Positions 1 to 9,028 of a stretch of 64,000 bases of DNA are shown piece by piece. Source of the stretch: a virus. The notes beneath the pieces were generated by a model, which was not told where the DNA came from, searched no databases, and saw only the letters and a list, made by a program, of their open reading frames with translations. Where the stretch lies: IMG/VR virus record IMGVR_UViG_3300042879_003994, positions 1-64,000 of that record. One strand, written 5' to 3'. How positions within the stretch are numbered: the first letter of the stretch is position 1; every line of letters starts with the position of its first letter. Made by a program: the position numbers and the translations under genes.

Positions 1-103
1 GATAATTTTCATTTTGATTTTCCCAACGAATCACCTTGCCAAAAGGTTCGTAATCTTCTTCTTTTTTTATTACTATTTTAAGTAGATGATCGTGATTATT
101 CAT
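1..103 (-). CDS. Hypothetical protein, 5' part only (MNNHDHLLKIVIKKEEDY...), runs off the window
   Basis: ATG at 103 overlaps the end of the ligase gene; frame stays open to position 1; translated by hand. Confidence 0.55.
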   Translation of the reverse strand, partial: MNNHDHLLKIVIKKEEDYEPFGKVIRWENQNENY

Positions 104-1214
104 AGCTATCTCTATCAATAGCAATAACATAAGGAAATCTTGGCACATCATCGGGCGTATAATTAAAGAATTTTATTGTAGCTTTCCTACCCACAAGTTT
201 GTTCTTATCTTTAAGTAGTTGAGCTAGATAAGTGAAATCACCTTTGATATTACTCTTAAATGCTCTGCCGTGTTTATTTTTAAAGACCATATAACCAGCA
301 GTTCCTTTTCTATTGCCTTCGCCTTCAACTACTTCTAGGATCTTAAACTCCTCATCCATAAAGTCTTTACGCTTTAAAAGATTTTTGCTACGCTTATTTT
401 CATAAGGCCGATTCAATCTAACCATTTGACCTTCATAGCCTTGCTCCATATATAATTCGTAGGCTTCATCAAGTTCTTCTTGTTTATTAATTTTTAATGT
501 CGTGACAACTTTAATCTTTTTATATTGATTACTCTTTTTGAGAGCATCCAATACAAGTTCGTATCTCTCATAAAAAGAATCGGTTTGAGAAGCTATGCCA
601 ATTTTAGGTGCATCATAAACCCAATATTCGATGGTTTCTGCACTTTCTTCTAGTTCTTCGTCAGTAGGTTTTGTTCTCTTTACTAGCGAACAAATTTTAT
701 TAAAATCATTTGCTAACTTATCGCAATATAGTTCTCCATCTAGAATAGCGTTAGGATATTTCTTAAAGAATCCTTTTAAATTTTCTCGGATATGGGGAGC
801 AGAGATAATCTTTTTACCATTACGAGAAAACATACCATCTTTAGTTGTGATGCAACGAATACCATCTAATTTGGGTTGAGAATATACAGGAAAATTAATA
901 TCATAATCCTCATACTTATGAGCTAACATTGGTTCAAAGTATTGAGTTTTATTAATGTCTTTGATAGATTCAAAATAACCAGATTCTAATTTCTTTTTAC
1001 GCTTTGCCTCTGCTTCTTTGATAGCTTGTTCTTCTGGAGTAGTAGAGTTAGAGCGACCAGCGTTCTTTACATCACAATCTGTCCACTCATTAACTATTTT
1101 ATTATCACTATCTGTATGACCAGAAATCGTGCGGTATTGATTTCCTTTGACTTCAATAGTCCACTCTTGGACTTTGCCAGTCTTTGTCTTTTTATAAATT
1201 GTAGGTAGCTTCAC
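96..1214 (-). CDS. lig: ATP-dependent DNA ligase with N-terminal extension
   Basis: Motif I PKLDGIRC, LDGELY, YEGQMVR, LLKRK; C-terminal OB-fold ending PRFP. Confidence 0.92.
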   Translation of the reverse strand: MKLPTIYKKTKTGKVQEWTIEVKGNQYRTISGHTDSDNKIVNEWTDCDVKNAGRSNSTTPEEQAIKEAEAKRKKKLESGYFESIKDINKTQYFEPMLAHKYEDYDINFPVYSQPKLDGIRCITTKDGMFSRNGKKIISAPHIRENLKGFFKKYPNAILDGELYCDKLANDFNKICSLVKRTKPTDEELEESAETIEYWVYDAPKIGIASQTDSFYERYELVLDALKKSNQYKKIKVVTTLKINKQEELDEAYELYMEQGYEGQMVRLNRPYENKRSKNLLKRKDFMDEEFKILEVVEGEGNRKGTAGYMVFKNKHGRAFKSNIKGDFTYLAQLLKDKNKLVGRKATIKFFNYTPDDVPRFPYVIAIDRDSYE

Positions 1215-1245
1215 AATTCCAGTTTATACTGGATTAGCCACGCTG

Positions 1246-1434
1246 TCAAATTTTGTTTTTTTTTGATTTAGAAGGACTTGCAACTCGGAGCAAACTCCAA
1301 GTTCCATTTTTATTATCGTGCCAATCAATCGTATCACCGATTTTCCAACCCATCTTTTTTATTAAAGAATTTGGTAGTTCAATATACTGATAACCATTCT
1401 CCTCTTTTATTTCAAGAGTATGAGAGTTTTTCAT
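1246..1434 (-). CDS. AbrB/MazE-like small DNA-binding protein
   Basis: YIELPNSLIKKMGWKIGDTIDW swapped-hairpin signature. Confidence 0.7.
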   Translation of the reverse strand: MKNSHTLEIKEENGYQYIELPNSLIKKMGWKIGDTIDWHDNKNGTWSLLRVASPSKSKKNKI

Positions 1435-2099
1435 CTAGGAGTTAATACTTTAACAATGAATCTAATACCACGCCAGTTAAGCCAATTAAGAGCATTGATT
1501 AATTTCGTGCAAAGTCTCGTTAGTCTCCATCCAAGATTTTCTACAACACGCACATAATAATTAAAATAAATCCTATAAACTGGATTACGCATCTTTTTTT
1601 CGTGAAGCATAGTCTCTGCTTCCCATTTTAATTGGGATTCAATTCTGTCTTTACTGGAATATTTATTATATTCTGGAAGAATTGTGAGAGTTTTAACTAT
1701 TCCATCTACCACAACGGCTTTCCAATCTGGAAAAAAGTCTGTGCCATCAATAGTATCACCATTTACCACACAACCAAAAGTAAAAGTTCCAGTATAATCA
1801 TCACGAAACTTCTCATACTTTTTATCAACAACCCACTTTTGATTATGAAGCGAAGGAAGCCTAATCCATCCATTGTATTTTTTATTATCTTCTTCAATTT
1901 CTTCTTTGGTCTTATCTTCATAATGGCCTTCAATTACTTCTTCGTATAATTTATTATCTCTTAGAATATAAGTAGAAAGACAATTTTCTTCAATTTCTTT
2001 TGTCTGAAATTCCTCGTCACGCCAATTACGATTTAGCGTTTTTAAAGTAGCGTCAAGAGGAAGCTCTTGTTCTACTCGGACATAATTAAATAATCCCAT
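1431..2099 (-). CDS. Hypothetical phage protein
   Basis: 222-aa ORF with its own promoter-like sequence, ATGA-coupled to the next gene. Confidence 0.7.
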   Translation of the reverse strand: MGLFNYVRVEQELPLDATLKTLNRNWRDEEFQTKEIEENCLSTYILRDNKLYEEVIEGHYEDKTKEEIEEDNKKYNGWIRLPSLHNQKWVVDKKYEKFRDDYTGTFTFGCVVNGDTIDGTDFFPDWKAVVVDGIVKTLTILPEYNKYSSKDRIESQLKWEAETMLHEKKMRNPVYRIYFNYYVRVVENLGWRLTRLCTKLINALNWLNWRGIRFIVKVLTPR

Positions 2100-2114
2100 A
2101 CTACTTATTATAGT

Positions 2115-2774
2115 TTAAATTTTTATTAAGTCAATATTATTTTTATTATCTATGATAACGAAAGAAGCTAATTCCTCACAAAAACTACCAGTATTAATAT
2201 ACTTATCAGAGTATTCGGCTATATGAGAATGACCACAAATTACTTTATCATAGTTATTGTTTTTAATATATTTTAGAGCATTTTTTTTCATATCAGAGCT
2301 TTTTTCTGCGAAACTATTAGTATGATTCCTAAATAATCTAAAAAAATCATCAGCAAATGGCGTATAATGTCGGAATATATAATATAATCTTACAATAAAA
2401 TTTGTTATATATTTAAATCTAGTAAAATAAATATCAAAAATATCGCCGTGAACAACAAGAATCTTTTGATCTTTTAGTTCTAAAATGTATTCGTCTTTGC
2501 AATCAAATCCTAGAAGAATACTCATAAATTCTGCTTTCAGAAAACAATGATTGCCAATAAGATAGATAACCTTTTGTTTCTTTGATAGTTTTCTTAATTT
2601 AGATAACACTTTCCAATGATTGCCTTTTAAACGATTTAAGTTGTGATGGTCAAAAAGATCGCCAGCAATTATAATTGTTTTTGCCTTGTGTTTTTTTAAA
2701 ACCTTTAGTAAGATTTCTGCTTTACAATCTTTATCACCAAGATGAATGTCTGAAACTATCAAATATTTATTCAT
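2115..2774 (-). CDS. Calcineurin-like metallophosphoesterase (LpxH/YbbF-like)
   Basis: DIHLG, GDLFD, GNH, HGD and GHSH motifs; start moved to ATG 2774. Confidence 0.8.
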   Translation of the reverse strand: MNKYLIVSDIHLGDKDCKAEILLKVLKKHKAKTIIIAGDLFDHHNLNRLKGNHWKVLSKLRKLSKKQKVIYLIGNHCFLKAEFMSILLGFDCKDEYILELKDQKILVVHGDIFDIYFTRFKYITNFIVRLYYIFRHYTPFADDFFRLFRNHTNSFAEKSSDMKKNALKYIKNNNYDKVICGHSHIAEYSDKYINTGSFCEELASFVIIDNKNNIDLIKI

Positions 2775-3540
2775 ACTTCCCAATGTGGTCGAATGGGTCG
2801 TTTATGTTATTAATATTATTATTTAATCTTTTATATTTTTCTTTTACTTTGGACTTTCTGTTCTTTATTTTCTTCTGAATCTCCAACTGCTTTATCTGAT
2901 AATCTTCCGTTCTTTCTATCGCTTCTTGAGTCATCTGATCTAAGAATAATTCATTTTCGTCTATCTTATCTAACGCTTTTTCTGGAAAATTATTTAGGTG
3001 TCCATACCTATCCAAGAACATCTGTATTATATACTCATTTCTACAATTTACCGCTAATATTTCTGAAATAAAACCATTTTTGTTAATTCTAATTTTATCT
3101 ACATTTGCCCAATAATAACCATATCTAAACTTAATTCCACGATATTTTCCAGAAGTATTTTCTACATTATATCTATTGTGAAAAGAATCTGATTCTCTTA
3201 AATTACTTAAAGCATTTGGATATTTGATATTACTTTCTATATGATCTACTTTCTCTGGTATTATTCCATAATGTGCATAATAAATTAATCTATGCACAAG
3301 AACATCCGTAAAACCTCTAGACCATATATGCGTATGATCTGGACAAGGAATATCTACTCTAATATAAAACCCTCCTTCGCCTTTTGTTCTTCCTAATGGA
3401 TTTCTTTTACCTTTTTCCCAATCTTGGCGATTATAAACTTCTCCTTTATAAAAATCAATATAGAAATGCTTAAATATATCTTTATGATTATTGTAAATTA
3501 TTTTTAATTTATCTTCGCTTTCTTTAAATTCTTTCTTCAC
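2767..3540 (-). CDS. Free-standing HNH homing endonuclease
   Basis: VHRLIY...VDHI...NALSNLR...N HNH motif, followed by an AP2-like YRGI segment. Confidence 0.75.
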   Translation of the reverse strand: MKKEFKESEDKLKIIYNNHKDIFKHFYIDFYKGEVYNRQDWEKGKRNPLGRTKGEGGFYIRVDIPCPDHTHIWSRGFTDVLVHRLIYYAHYGIIPEKVDHIESNIKYPNALSNLRESDSFHNRYNVENTSGKYRGIKFRYGYYWANVDKIRINKNGFISEILAVNCRNEYIIQMFLDRYGHLNNFPEKALDKIDENELFLDQMTQEAIERTEDYQIKQLEIQKKIKNRKSKVKEKYKRLNNNINNINDPFDHIGKYE

Positions 3541-3582
3541 GCTAGGTATTATATCCGTTTATATGTTTAAAGTAAAAAATTT

Positions 3583-4479
3583 TTATAATTTTTCAAAAGA
3601 TTTTTCTTTCATTTTTAATTCAAAATCTACATCTACATTTAATCCGTATGAATCTGGTATGCGAGTCGCATAGTCAGCGTGTTTGCGTGGATTCTTGTGT
3701 CCTTCAATACTTTCTGAATAATGAAACAATGGAGTAGTATTCCAAGTAGAATAAGCTAACTCAAATGCTTGCTTCTCGGTTAATCCATCTGGATGACACT
3801 TGTGATGAAGATAATCAAAAGTAATTGGTATAGCTGTGACAGAATGAAAATGTCTCATAAGTTTCTTAATAGACCAACAACTATCTTTGTCATCGTTTTC
3901 TATAACTAATCTTGTCTTAACATCCTCTGATAGTTTGTCGAAGTTGCTCATAAACTTCTTGACTATATCATTTAGATCGCCCTTGGAATTATGTATGTGC
4001 ATATTCATAGGCGAGTTATAGTTTAGCGGACAACCAATTTGCGTCATAAACCAACCATAGAAATTTAATTCTTTGATTGTTTTATCTACGGCATTTTGAT
4101 TGTCACTAGCAAGAACATTAAATTCAGAGGGATGACAAGAAACTCTAACATCCGTAGATTGAATTAAAGATTTGATCTTATTGAATTGATCTAATATTAG
4201 ATTATAGTCTGGTAAATCTTGTAGTGATACATTTGCCTTATCATAAGTAATAAGAGGAAAGAGATCAGAAGATAATCTATATGTGTGTCCGTTATCCGCA
4301 CAATATTTAATAGCGTGATATGTGACATCCATATTATTCAGAATACGAGACGACAACTCTCTCAACGCTTCTTCTCTAGGAAGTTGAGAGAATCTTTTAT
4401 ATGTCATTGTCTTAAACTTCTTGGGAACATCTTGCTCCTCTAGACTTAAGACGATACAACAAACTCCTTTTCGATTCAT
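3583..4479 (-). CDS. uvsE: UV damage endonuclease
   Basis: YRLSSDLFP, HPSEF, IENDDK, FDYLHH, HYSES and HADY motifs. Confidence 0.92.
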   Translation of the reverse strand: MNRKGVCCIVLSLEEQDVPKKFKTMTYKRFSQLPREEALRELSSRILNNMDVTYHAIKYCADNGHTYRLSSDLFPLITYDKANVSLQDLPDYNLILDQFNKIKSLIQSTDVRVSCHPSEFNVLASDNQNAVDKTIKELNFYGWFMTQIGCPLNYNSPMNMHIHNSKGDLNDIVKKFMSNFDKLSEDVKTRLVIENDDKDSCWSIKKLMRHFHSVTAIPITFDYLHHKCHPDGLTEKQAFELAYSTWNTTPLFHYSESIEGHKNPRKHADYATRIPDSYGLNVDVDFELKMKEKSFEKL

Positions 4480-4525
4480 ACTCTGATATTACTCTGTTCT
4501 CTGAATATAGTCAAGAGAGTAAAAA

Positions 4526-4702
4526 TTATTTGTAAATATATGTAGATGAGCCGTTTTGTTTTTTTAATTCTTTTTTAATCAACGACTTTTGGGTTTCCTC
4601 TTTCCAGAAAATACTATCATAGTTTTCCTTAAACCTATTAGAGAAACAATTTCTTGGCGAGTCTCCTTTTCCCGCCCCTTTATTTGGCGTTTTTTCGTTC
4701 AC
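4526..4702 (-). CDS. Small hypothetical protein, 58 aa (MNEKTPNKGAGKGDSPRNCFS...), missing from the ORF track
   Basis: Hand translation from GTG 4702 to TAA 4526; the start lies inside copy 1 of the 28-bp repeat. Confidence 0.6.
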   Translation of the reverse strand: MNEKTPNKGAGKGDSPRNCFSNRFKENYDSIFWKEETQKSLIKKELKKQNGSSTYIYK

Positions 4703-4813
4703 AAATATGACTCTTTATATTTGGCGTTTTTTCGTTAGCAAATATGGCTTTATTTGCAAAAATCCTGTTAGCAAATATTACTATTATATTTGGGATTTTT
4801 TTGTTAGTAAATA

Positions 4814-5107
4814 TTACTTTTTAAAATCACCAAGATCACGATCAAAAGAAAACTTACCCGTCTTTTCTACAAGACCTTCGTAAGTTTCTTCTGTGCGTCC
4901 GGCCATTTCAGTAAATGGAGCTACTACCGCAAAAATTCCAAAAGCACCAACCGTAGCGGCTGATGAAATTGGGCGAACTACAACTAGATCCCCAGCGGCT
5001 AGAAACCCATCTGATACGTCAAGACTATTATTTGGTTCACCAACGTCAGCAAATCCTAGAGAAGCTGTAAAAGCTAAAGATAGTATAATATTCTTAATTT
5101 TGTTCAT
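4814..5107 (-). CDS. Small exported or membrane protein
   Basis: Signal-peptide-like N-terminus (MNKIKNIILSLAFTASLGFA) and hydrophobic DLVVVRP...APFT segment; start moved to 5107 to match the promoter. Confidence 0.7.
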   Translation of the reverse strand: MNKIKNIILSLAFTASLGFADVGEPNNSLDVSDGFLAAGDLVVVRPISSAATVGAFGIFAVVAPFTEMAGRTEETYEGLVEKTGKFSFDRDLGDFKK

Positions 5108-5173
5108 ACTTTTATTATACATATATATGTTAAAAAAATCAAGTATTATTTGGCATTTTTTTGTTAGCAAATA

Positions 5174-5386
5174 TTATTGTTTCTTAGGTATAAAATTAAC
5201 TAAAGCTTCATCACCATATACTTTAAATGATTTTAATTTATATTCTTTTCTTTCGAGCATATTCTTTAACTCATTAATATATTCGCTTTTCATATATACA
5301 ACTATGCTTTCGCCATCTTCAATATCTACGCCATATTCATCAGCAAACTCAGAGCAAATAGCAAGGGCTTCATTTTCATTGCTCAT
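5174..5386 (-). CDS. Hypothetical protein
   Basis: 70-aa ORF preceded by the GTGTAA motif and bracketed by 28-bp repeats. Confidence 0.65.
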   Translation of the reverse strand: MSNENEALAICSEFADEYGVDIEDGESIVVYMKSEYINELKNMLERKEYKLKSFKVYGDEALVNFIPKKQ

Positions 5387-5449
5387 GTTTTATATTACAC
5401 CTTATATATTTGGCGTTCTTCTATTAGTAAATTGAAAGTGTAAATTAAT

Positions 5450-6244
5450 TTGTCTATGAACTTAAATTATGAATTAATAAATGGTGGAACGGCTTATCAA
5501 GTTATCGGAGATGTCTATAATATTGAAAATCTCATTGTGCCTGATATTTATAATAATCTTCCTGTTATAGGAATTGGCGGTGACGCATTTTTAGGTAATG
5601 GTTATTTAAAAACTGTTATATTAGGAAATAATATTGAGTTTATTGGTGTCTCCGCTTTTGAAGCTTGTCAATATTTGAATATGGTTACAATAGGAAAAAA
5701 TTTAATTTCTATAGATAATTCTGCATTTAATAGTTCGTCAAATTTAACTAGAGTTTATTTTAATGGAAACGCCCCTACTTTTGGGTCTACGCTATTCGAC
5801 TTGACAAGCCCAAATTTAAAACTATATCGTAAAAAAAACTTTGTAACTGGTTGGCCAAATTCGGTCCAAGGAGTTCCTGTTGTTCTTTGGTCTGATAATG
5901 TAATAAAAAGTGGTGGAACTGGAAAATTAAAAACAAAAAATAAAAAAGCAAGCATACAAATTATTGCTAAAACTACGAATCTGCCACCTCCTCCAATTCC
6001 AAAATACAATCTTGAAGGGGTATATAACTATATTGGTCAATTTAATGGTAAAAATCAATATAGAAGAAGAGCGGAGGATGATCCTGCTTTTCAATACTAT
6101 TTAACTTTTGCTAATGATCGATGGGGAATTGGCTTAACTGTGCCTCCAGAAATACCTCAATTTTTACAAACATCTTCTGCCTTGGGAGACACTTTATATC
6201 CATGGATTCCCTATTGGGTTTTTATTACTGTTATTCAGCTTTAA
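5450..6244 (+). CDS. BspA/TpLRR-type leucine-rich repeat protein
   Basis: IGGDAF...LKTVILGNNIEFIGVSAF..C..L..VTIG..L.SI...AF repeats and VYFNGNAP cap; start may be ATG 5456. Confidence 0.8.
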   Translation: MSMNLNYELINGGTAYQVIGDVYNIENLIVPDIYNNLPVIGIGGDAFLGNGYLKTVILGNNIEFIGVSAFEACQYLNMVTIGKNLISIDNSAFNSSSNLTRVYFNGNAPTFGSTLFDLTSPNLKLYRKKNFVTGWPNSVQGVPVVLWSDNVIKSGGTGKLKTKNKKASIQIIAKTTNLPPPPIPKYNLEGVYNYIGQFNGKNQYRRRAEDDPAFQYYLTFANDRWGIGLTVPPEIPQFLQTSSALGDTLYPWIPYWVFITVIQL

Positions 6245-6249
6245 AATTA

Positions 6250-6337
6250 TGGAACGAGTAGGATTCGAACCTACGGATGATATTAAACCATCGGAAGTTT
6301 AGTAAACTTCTGCTTTAGACCACTCAGCCATCGTTCC
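6250..6337 (-). tRNA. tRNA-Ser, anticodon ACT, long variable arm
   Basis: Acceptor GGAACGA/TCGTTCC; anticodon arm GAAGT-TTACTAA-ACTTC; T arm GTAGGTTCGAATCCTAC; CCA not encoded. Confidence 0.88.
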
Positions 6338-6342
6338 AAAAT

Positions 6343-6414
6343 CTCCAAAACTAGGATTCGAACCTAGAACCCTCTCGTTAACAGCGAGACGCTCTACCGT
6401 TGAGCTATTTGGGA
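6343..6414 (-). tRNA. tRNA-Asn (GTT)
   Basis: Anticodon arm TCTCG-CTGTTAA-CGAGA; T arm CTAGGTTCGAATCCTAG; G discriminator; one acceptor-stem mismatch. Confidence 0.9.
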
Positions 6415-6420
6415 ATAAAT

Positions 6421-7035
6421 TCATTTCAACCAAACCGATGTAGGATTATAAGCTTCTGTATCAAGATAATCCCAAACTTTCCAATCTTTTTCTCCTTTAG
6501 AATAAGAGATAATGTTAGAAAGAAATGCTTGTAAATCTTCAATATGCCAAACATCGTCAAGTAATTTTTTACCAAGATATCTAGATTGATGAGCGACATG
6601 ATCTGCGTAGCTGTATGCAAAAGCTGAAAATGGAGGAAGAACGCACCCCATTGAACAAAGGACACCCTGCATGCGAGAAGCTACTTCTTTCCCACCAACG
6701 GAATGCATAGTTACAATTACTCCCGCTGGTTTACCAAGCAAATGCTTTTTGCCTTCGATCTCTGTCATTTTTTCAAAAAGTTGTTGCATATTTGAACCCC
6801 AACTATCCCAATATGTTCCAGTGCAAAAAATAAGGGCATCACTCTCTTTAATAATATGACGAACTTTTGGCCAATAGAAATCTTTATGAAGATGAACAAT
6901 CTTTATCTTTATATTTGAATCAATACGATTAATTTTTTTTCTTATCTTCTTGATAAGAGAACCAGTATTTCCATTTTTACCGCCAATAGCTCCATTAATT
7001 ATGGTAAGAGTTTTTTTCTTTTCTGGCAAGTTCAT
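6421..7035 (-). CDS. Flavodoxin-like NAD(P)H-dependent FMN reductase family protein
   Basis: IINGA..G.NGNT, SDALIFCTGTYW and GKPAGVIVT...GG motifs. Confidence 0.78.
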   Translation of the reverse strand: MNLPEKKKTLTIINGAIGGKNGNTGSLIKKIRKKINRIDSNIKIKIVHLHKDFYWPKVRHIIKESDALIFCTGTYWDSWGSNMQQLFEKMTEIEGKKHLLGKPAGVIVTMHSVGGKEVASRMQGVLCSMGCVLPPFSAFAYSYADHVAHQSRYLGKKLLDDVWHIEDLQAFLSNIISYSKGEKDWKVWDYLDTEAYNPTSVWLK

Positions 7036-7288
7036 CTATATAGTCCTTTATTATATTATATAATCTAGATTCTTCTGGATTAGCTTCTCTTTCTATTTCT
7101 TCAAAATTATAGAATATATACTCTTTAAGTTGATGATGTTTGAATCTATGTATTCCTTTTATATCATCTCCGCTAACAAATATATATCTAAATGGAAGTG
7201 GTTCGTTTTTTATTTTATATAACTTTCCATATTTGGGGAAGATTTGTTCGCTTTTATCTAGAAAATTTAGTATCTTCTTAAATATCAT
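6995..7288 (-). CDS. Hypothetical protein
   Basis: 97-aa ORF in a translationally coupled run. Confidence 0.55.
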   Translation of the reverse strand: MIFKKILNFLDKSEQIFPKYGKLYKIKNEPLPFRYIFVSGDDIKGIHRFKHHQLKEYIFYNFEEIEREANPEESRLYNIIKDYIDELARKEKNSYHN

Positions 7289-7488
7289 AAAATTCCAAAA
7301 ACTTTTAACATAACGATTGAAGAAACAATTGCGCCAATCAAACTACTGCAAGTTCTAATTATTTCCAATTTATGATTATGGTGATCTACCCATATCTCAA
7401 AAGGATCTCTTAGCTTGCCTCTAGCAAGCAATTTTTTTCTTTGTTTTTTACTCAACTTTATATTTGATATATCTTTTAAAGTTATCAT
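7285..7488 (-). CDS. Small membrane protein
   Basis: Basic N-terminus, C-terminal hydrophobic helix, ATGA coupling. Confidence 0.6.
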   Translation of the reverse strand: MITLKDISNIKLSKKQRKKLLARGKLRDPFEIWVDHHNHKLEIIRTCSSLIGAIVSSIVMLKVFGIL

Positions 7489-7658
7489 CTTTTTCCTTTC
7501 CTAGCTGGCTTCCAAAGAATATCATCCGTGTCTAAATCTGAACTCCAAAGCATTAATTTTGAATATAACCCATATCCAAAACCATTAAACCATTGCATGG
7601 TAGTTTTACTTATGATATCTCCTATATAATAAAATATATAAACTAAAAATAATCTCAT
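7485..7658 (-). CDS. Small hypothetical protein, 57 aa (MRLFLVYIFYYIGDIIS...), missing from the ORF track
   Basis: Hand translation; its TGA overlaps the ATG of the next gene. Confidence 0.6.
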   Translation of the reverse strand: MRLFLVYIFYYIGDIISKTTMQWFNGFGYGLYSKLMLWSSDLDTDDILWKPARKGKR

Positions 7659-7726
7659 AATATATGATATTTTTTATAATAAAGTATTTCTAATGTTTAT
7701 AATGATAAAAGTGTAATATATAAAAT

Positions 7727-8515
7727 ATGAGCTGTAATTCAGATATATCTTTTCCATCTTATCTAGATTCTCTGATAAAAGAGATAAATTATGGAACAAG
7801 CAATGCCAAAAAGAACTGTGTATGTAATTTAAAAATTCCTAAAAAAGAAGATGGATGTCCAGTCTTAGATAGTAATAATAAAGCAGCCGGATTTAATGAA
7901 TGTTTAATTATAGATAATCCTCCATCAACTGGTCCAGATACAAACTTTCCATTCTCCATGAATCTAGCTGATATATCAAAAATCTATTGGCAAGGAAAAA
8001 AATGGAAGATGACATTTTCTGTTAGTTCATGGGATGAGACTGGTGATTGCGGTAGGAAATCTACTTTCTCTCAGGATGGAACAAATAATCCAAAAGATAC
8101 GAATATAATCACTCCAGAAGATTTAAAAGAAAGAATTTGCTCTGCCTCGTTTCAAACTGCATCAACATCTGTTAATGGAAAAGTAAAATTTAAGCCTAAT
8201 GGCACAAACCCATGCGAAGAAGCGTCTGAATCTGAAGCCGATGCTTCATTCTCTGTATCAGTAACAATAGATTTATCATCATCATATCTTCAAGAAGATG
8301 GTACTTTTTGGCCACATATTACATTAGGCGGTGGATTCAGTTTAAGTCCTGCTGGTGCGACTAAAGTAAGAGCTCGACTACCAAATGGAATTAATTTTAA
8401 AATTTTTGGTAAAAAACTACCCAAAGTTTATTATGATTGGTATCCAGACTGGCATGATGACGCTGCTTGGAGTTGGAGTGGCGGAGTCGTAGCGGATTTT
8501 GATGTACAATATTAA
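7727..8515 (+). CDS. Cys/Ser/Gly-rich hypothetical protein, possibly virion-associated
   Basis: 262-aa ORF with GTGTAA 10 nt upstream. Confidence 0.65.
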   Translation: MSCNSDISFPSYLDSLIKEINYGTSNAKKNCVCNLKIPKKEDGCPVLDSNNKAAGFNECLIIDNPPSTGPDTNFPFSMNLADISKIYWQGKKWKMTFSVSSWDETGDCGRKSTFSQDGTNNPKDTNIITPEDLKERICSASFQTASTSVNGKVKFKPNGTNPCEEASESEADASFSVSVTIDLSSSYLQEDGTFWPHITLGGGFSLSPAGATKVRARLPNGINFKIFGKKLPKVYYDWYPDWHDDAAWSWSGGVVADFDVQY

Positions 8516-9026
8516 TTTTTTAAATAATGACATTGATGTTTTAAAACTGAAGAACATCTTTGAATCTTTAACTGATCTTGTTGGTTTATTAAATGATAAT
8601 AACATCTCATATGCTATTGGTGGGTATTTGTCTTTAGTTTTTAAATCTGGTAAAATTTATAGGACACCAAAAGATATTGATTTAAGTATTCATACTTGGG
8701 ACGATTATAATAAACTAGAGTCTATACTTATCTTAAGTAATAACTACAAAATTAATCTTTCTAAAAATCAGATTGAAAGGGGTTCTGCGTTTAAATTGAC
8801 TTTCAATTTAAATAGTCTAATTATGAAAATTATAACAACTAAAAATGACATGCCTATAAGAATAGATATATTCTATAATGAGAATAAACAAGACAAGGAG
8901 ATATTCAGGATGAACGATTTAGATATATATTACAATTACAAAACTTGTCTATCTACTAAAAAATATTATATAGAAAATGGCTCATCTATAGATAAACACC
9001 AAAAAGACTTATCTATGTTTGCTTAA
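8499..9026 (+). CDS. Pol-beta-superfamily nucleotidyltransferase-like protein
   Basis: YAIGG...R.PKDIDL and IRIDIF motifs. Confidence 0.65.
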   Translation: MMYNINFLNNDIDVLKLKNIFESLTDLVGLLNDNNISYAIGGYLSLVFKSGKIYRTPKDIDLSIHTWDDYNKLESILILSNNYKINLSKNQIERGSAFKLTFNLNSLIMKIITTKNDMPIRIDIFYNENKQDKEIFRMNDLDIYYNYKTCLSTKKYYIENGSSIDKHQKDLSMFA

Positions 9027-9028
9027 TA

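Larger units (their letters stand above)
4681..5434. repeat. Six direct copies of a 28-bp quasi-palindrome, consensus TATTTGGCGTTTTTTYGTTAGCAAATAT
   Basis: Copies at 4681-4708, 4718-4745, 4751-4778, 4787-4814, 5147-5174 and 5407-5434. Confidence 0.9.

Noticed and set aside
1246-1434. MazEF-type toxin-antitoxin pair
   Set aside because: An AbrB/MazE-like gene is present, but neither neighbour resembles a MazF or PIN toxin
4681-4814. CRISPR mini-array
   Set aside because: Gaps between repeats are only 5-9 nt, the repeats vary internally, and no cas operon is present
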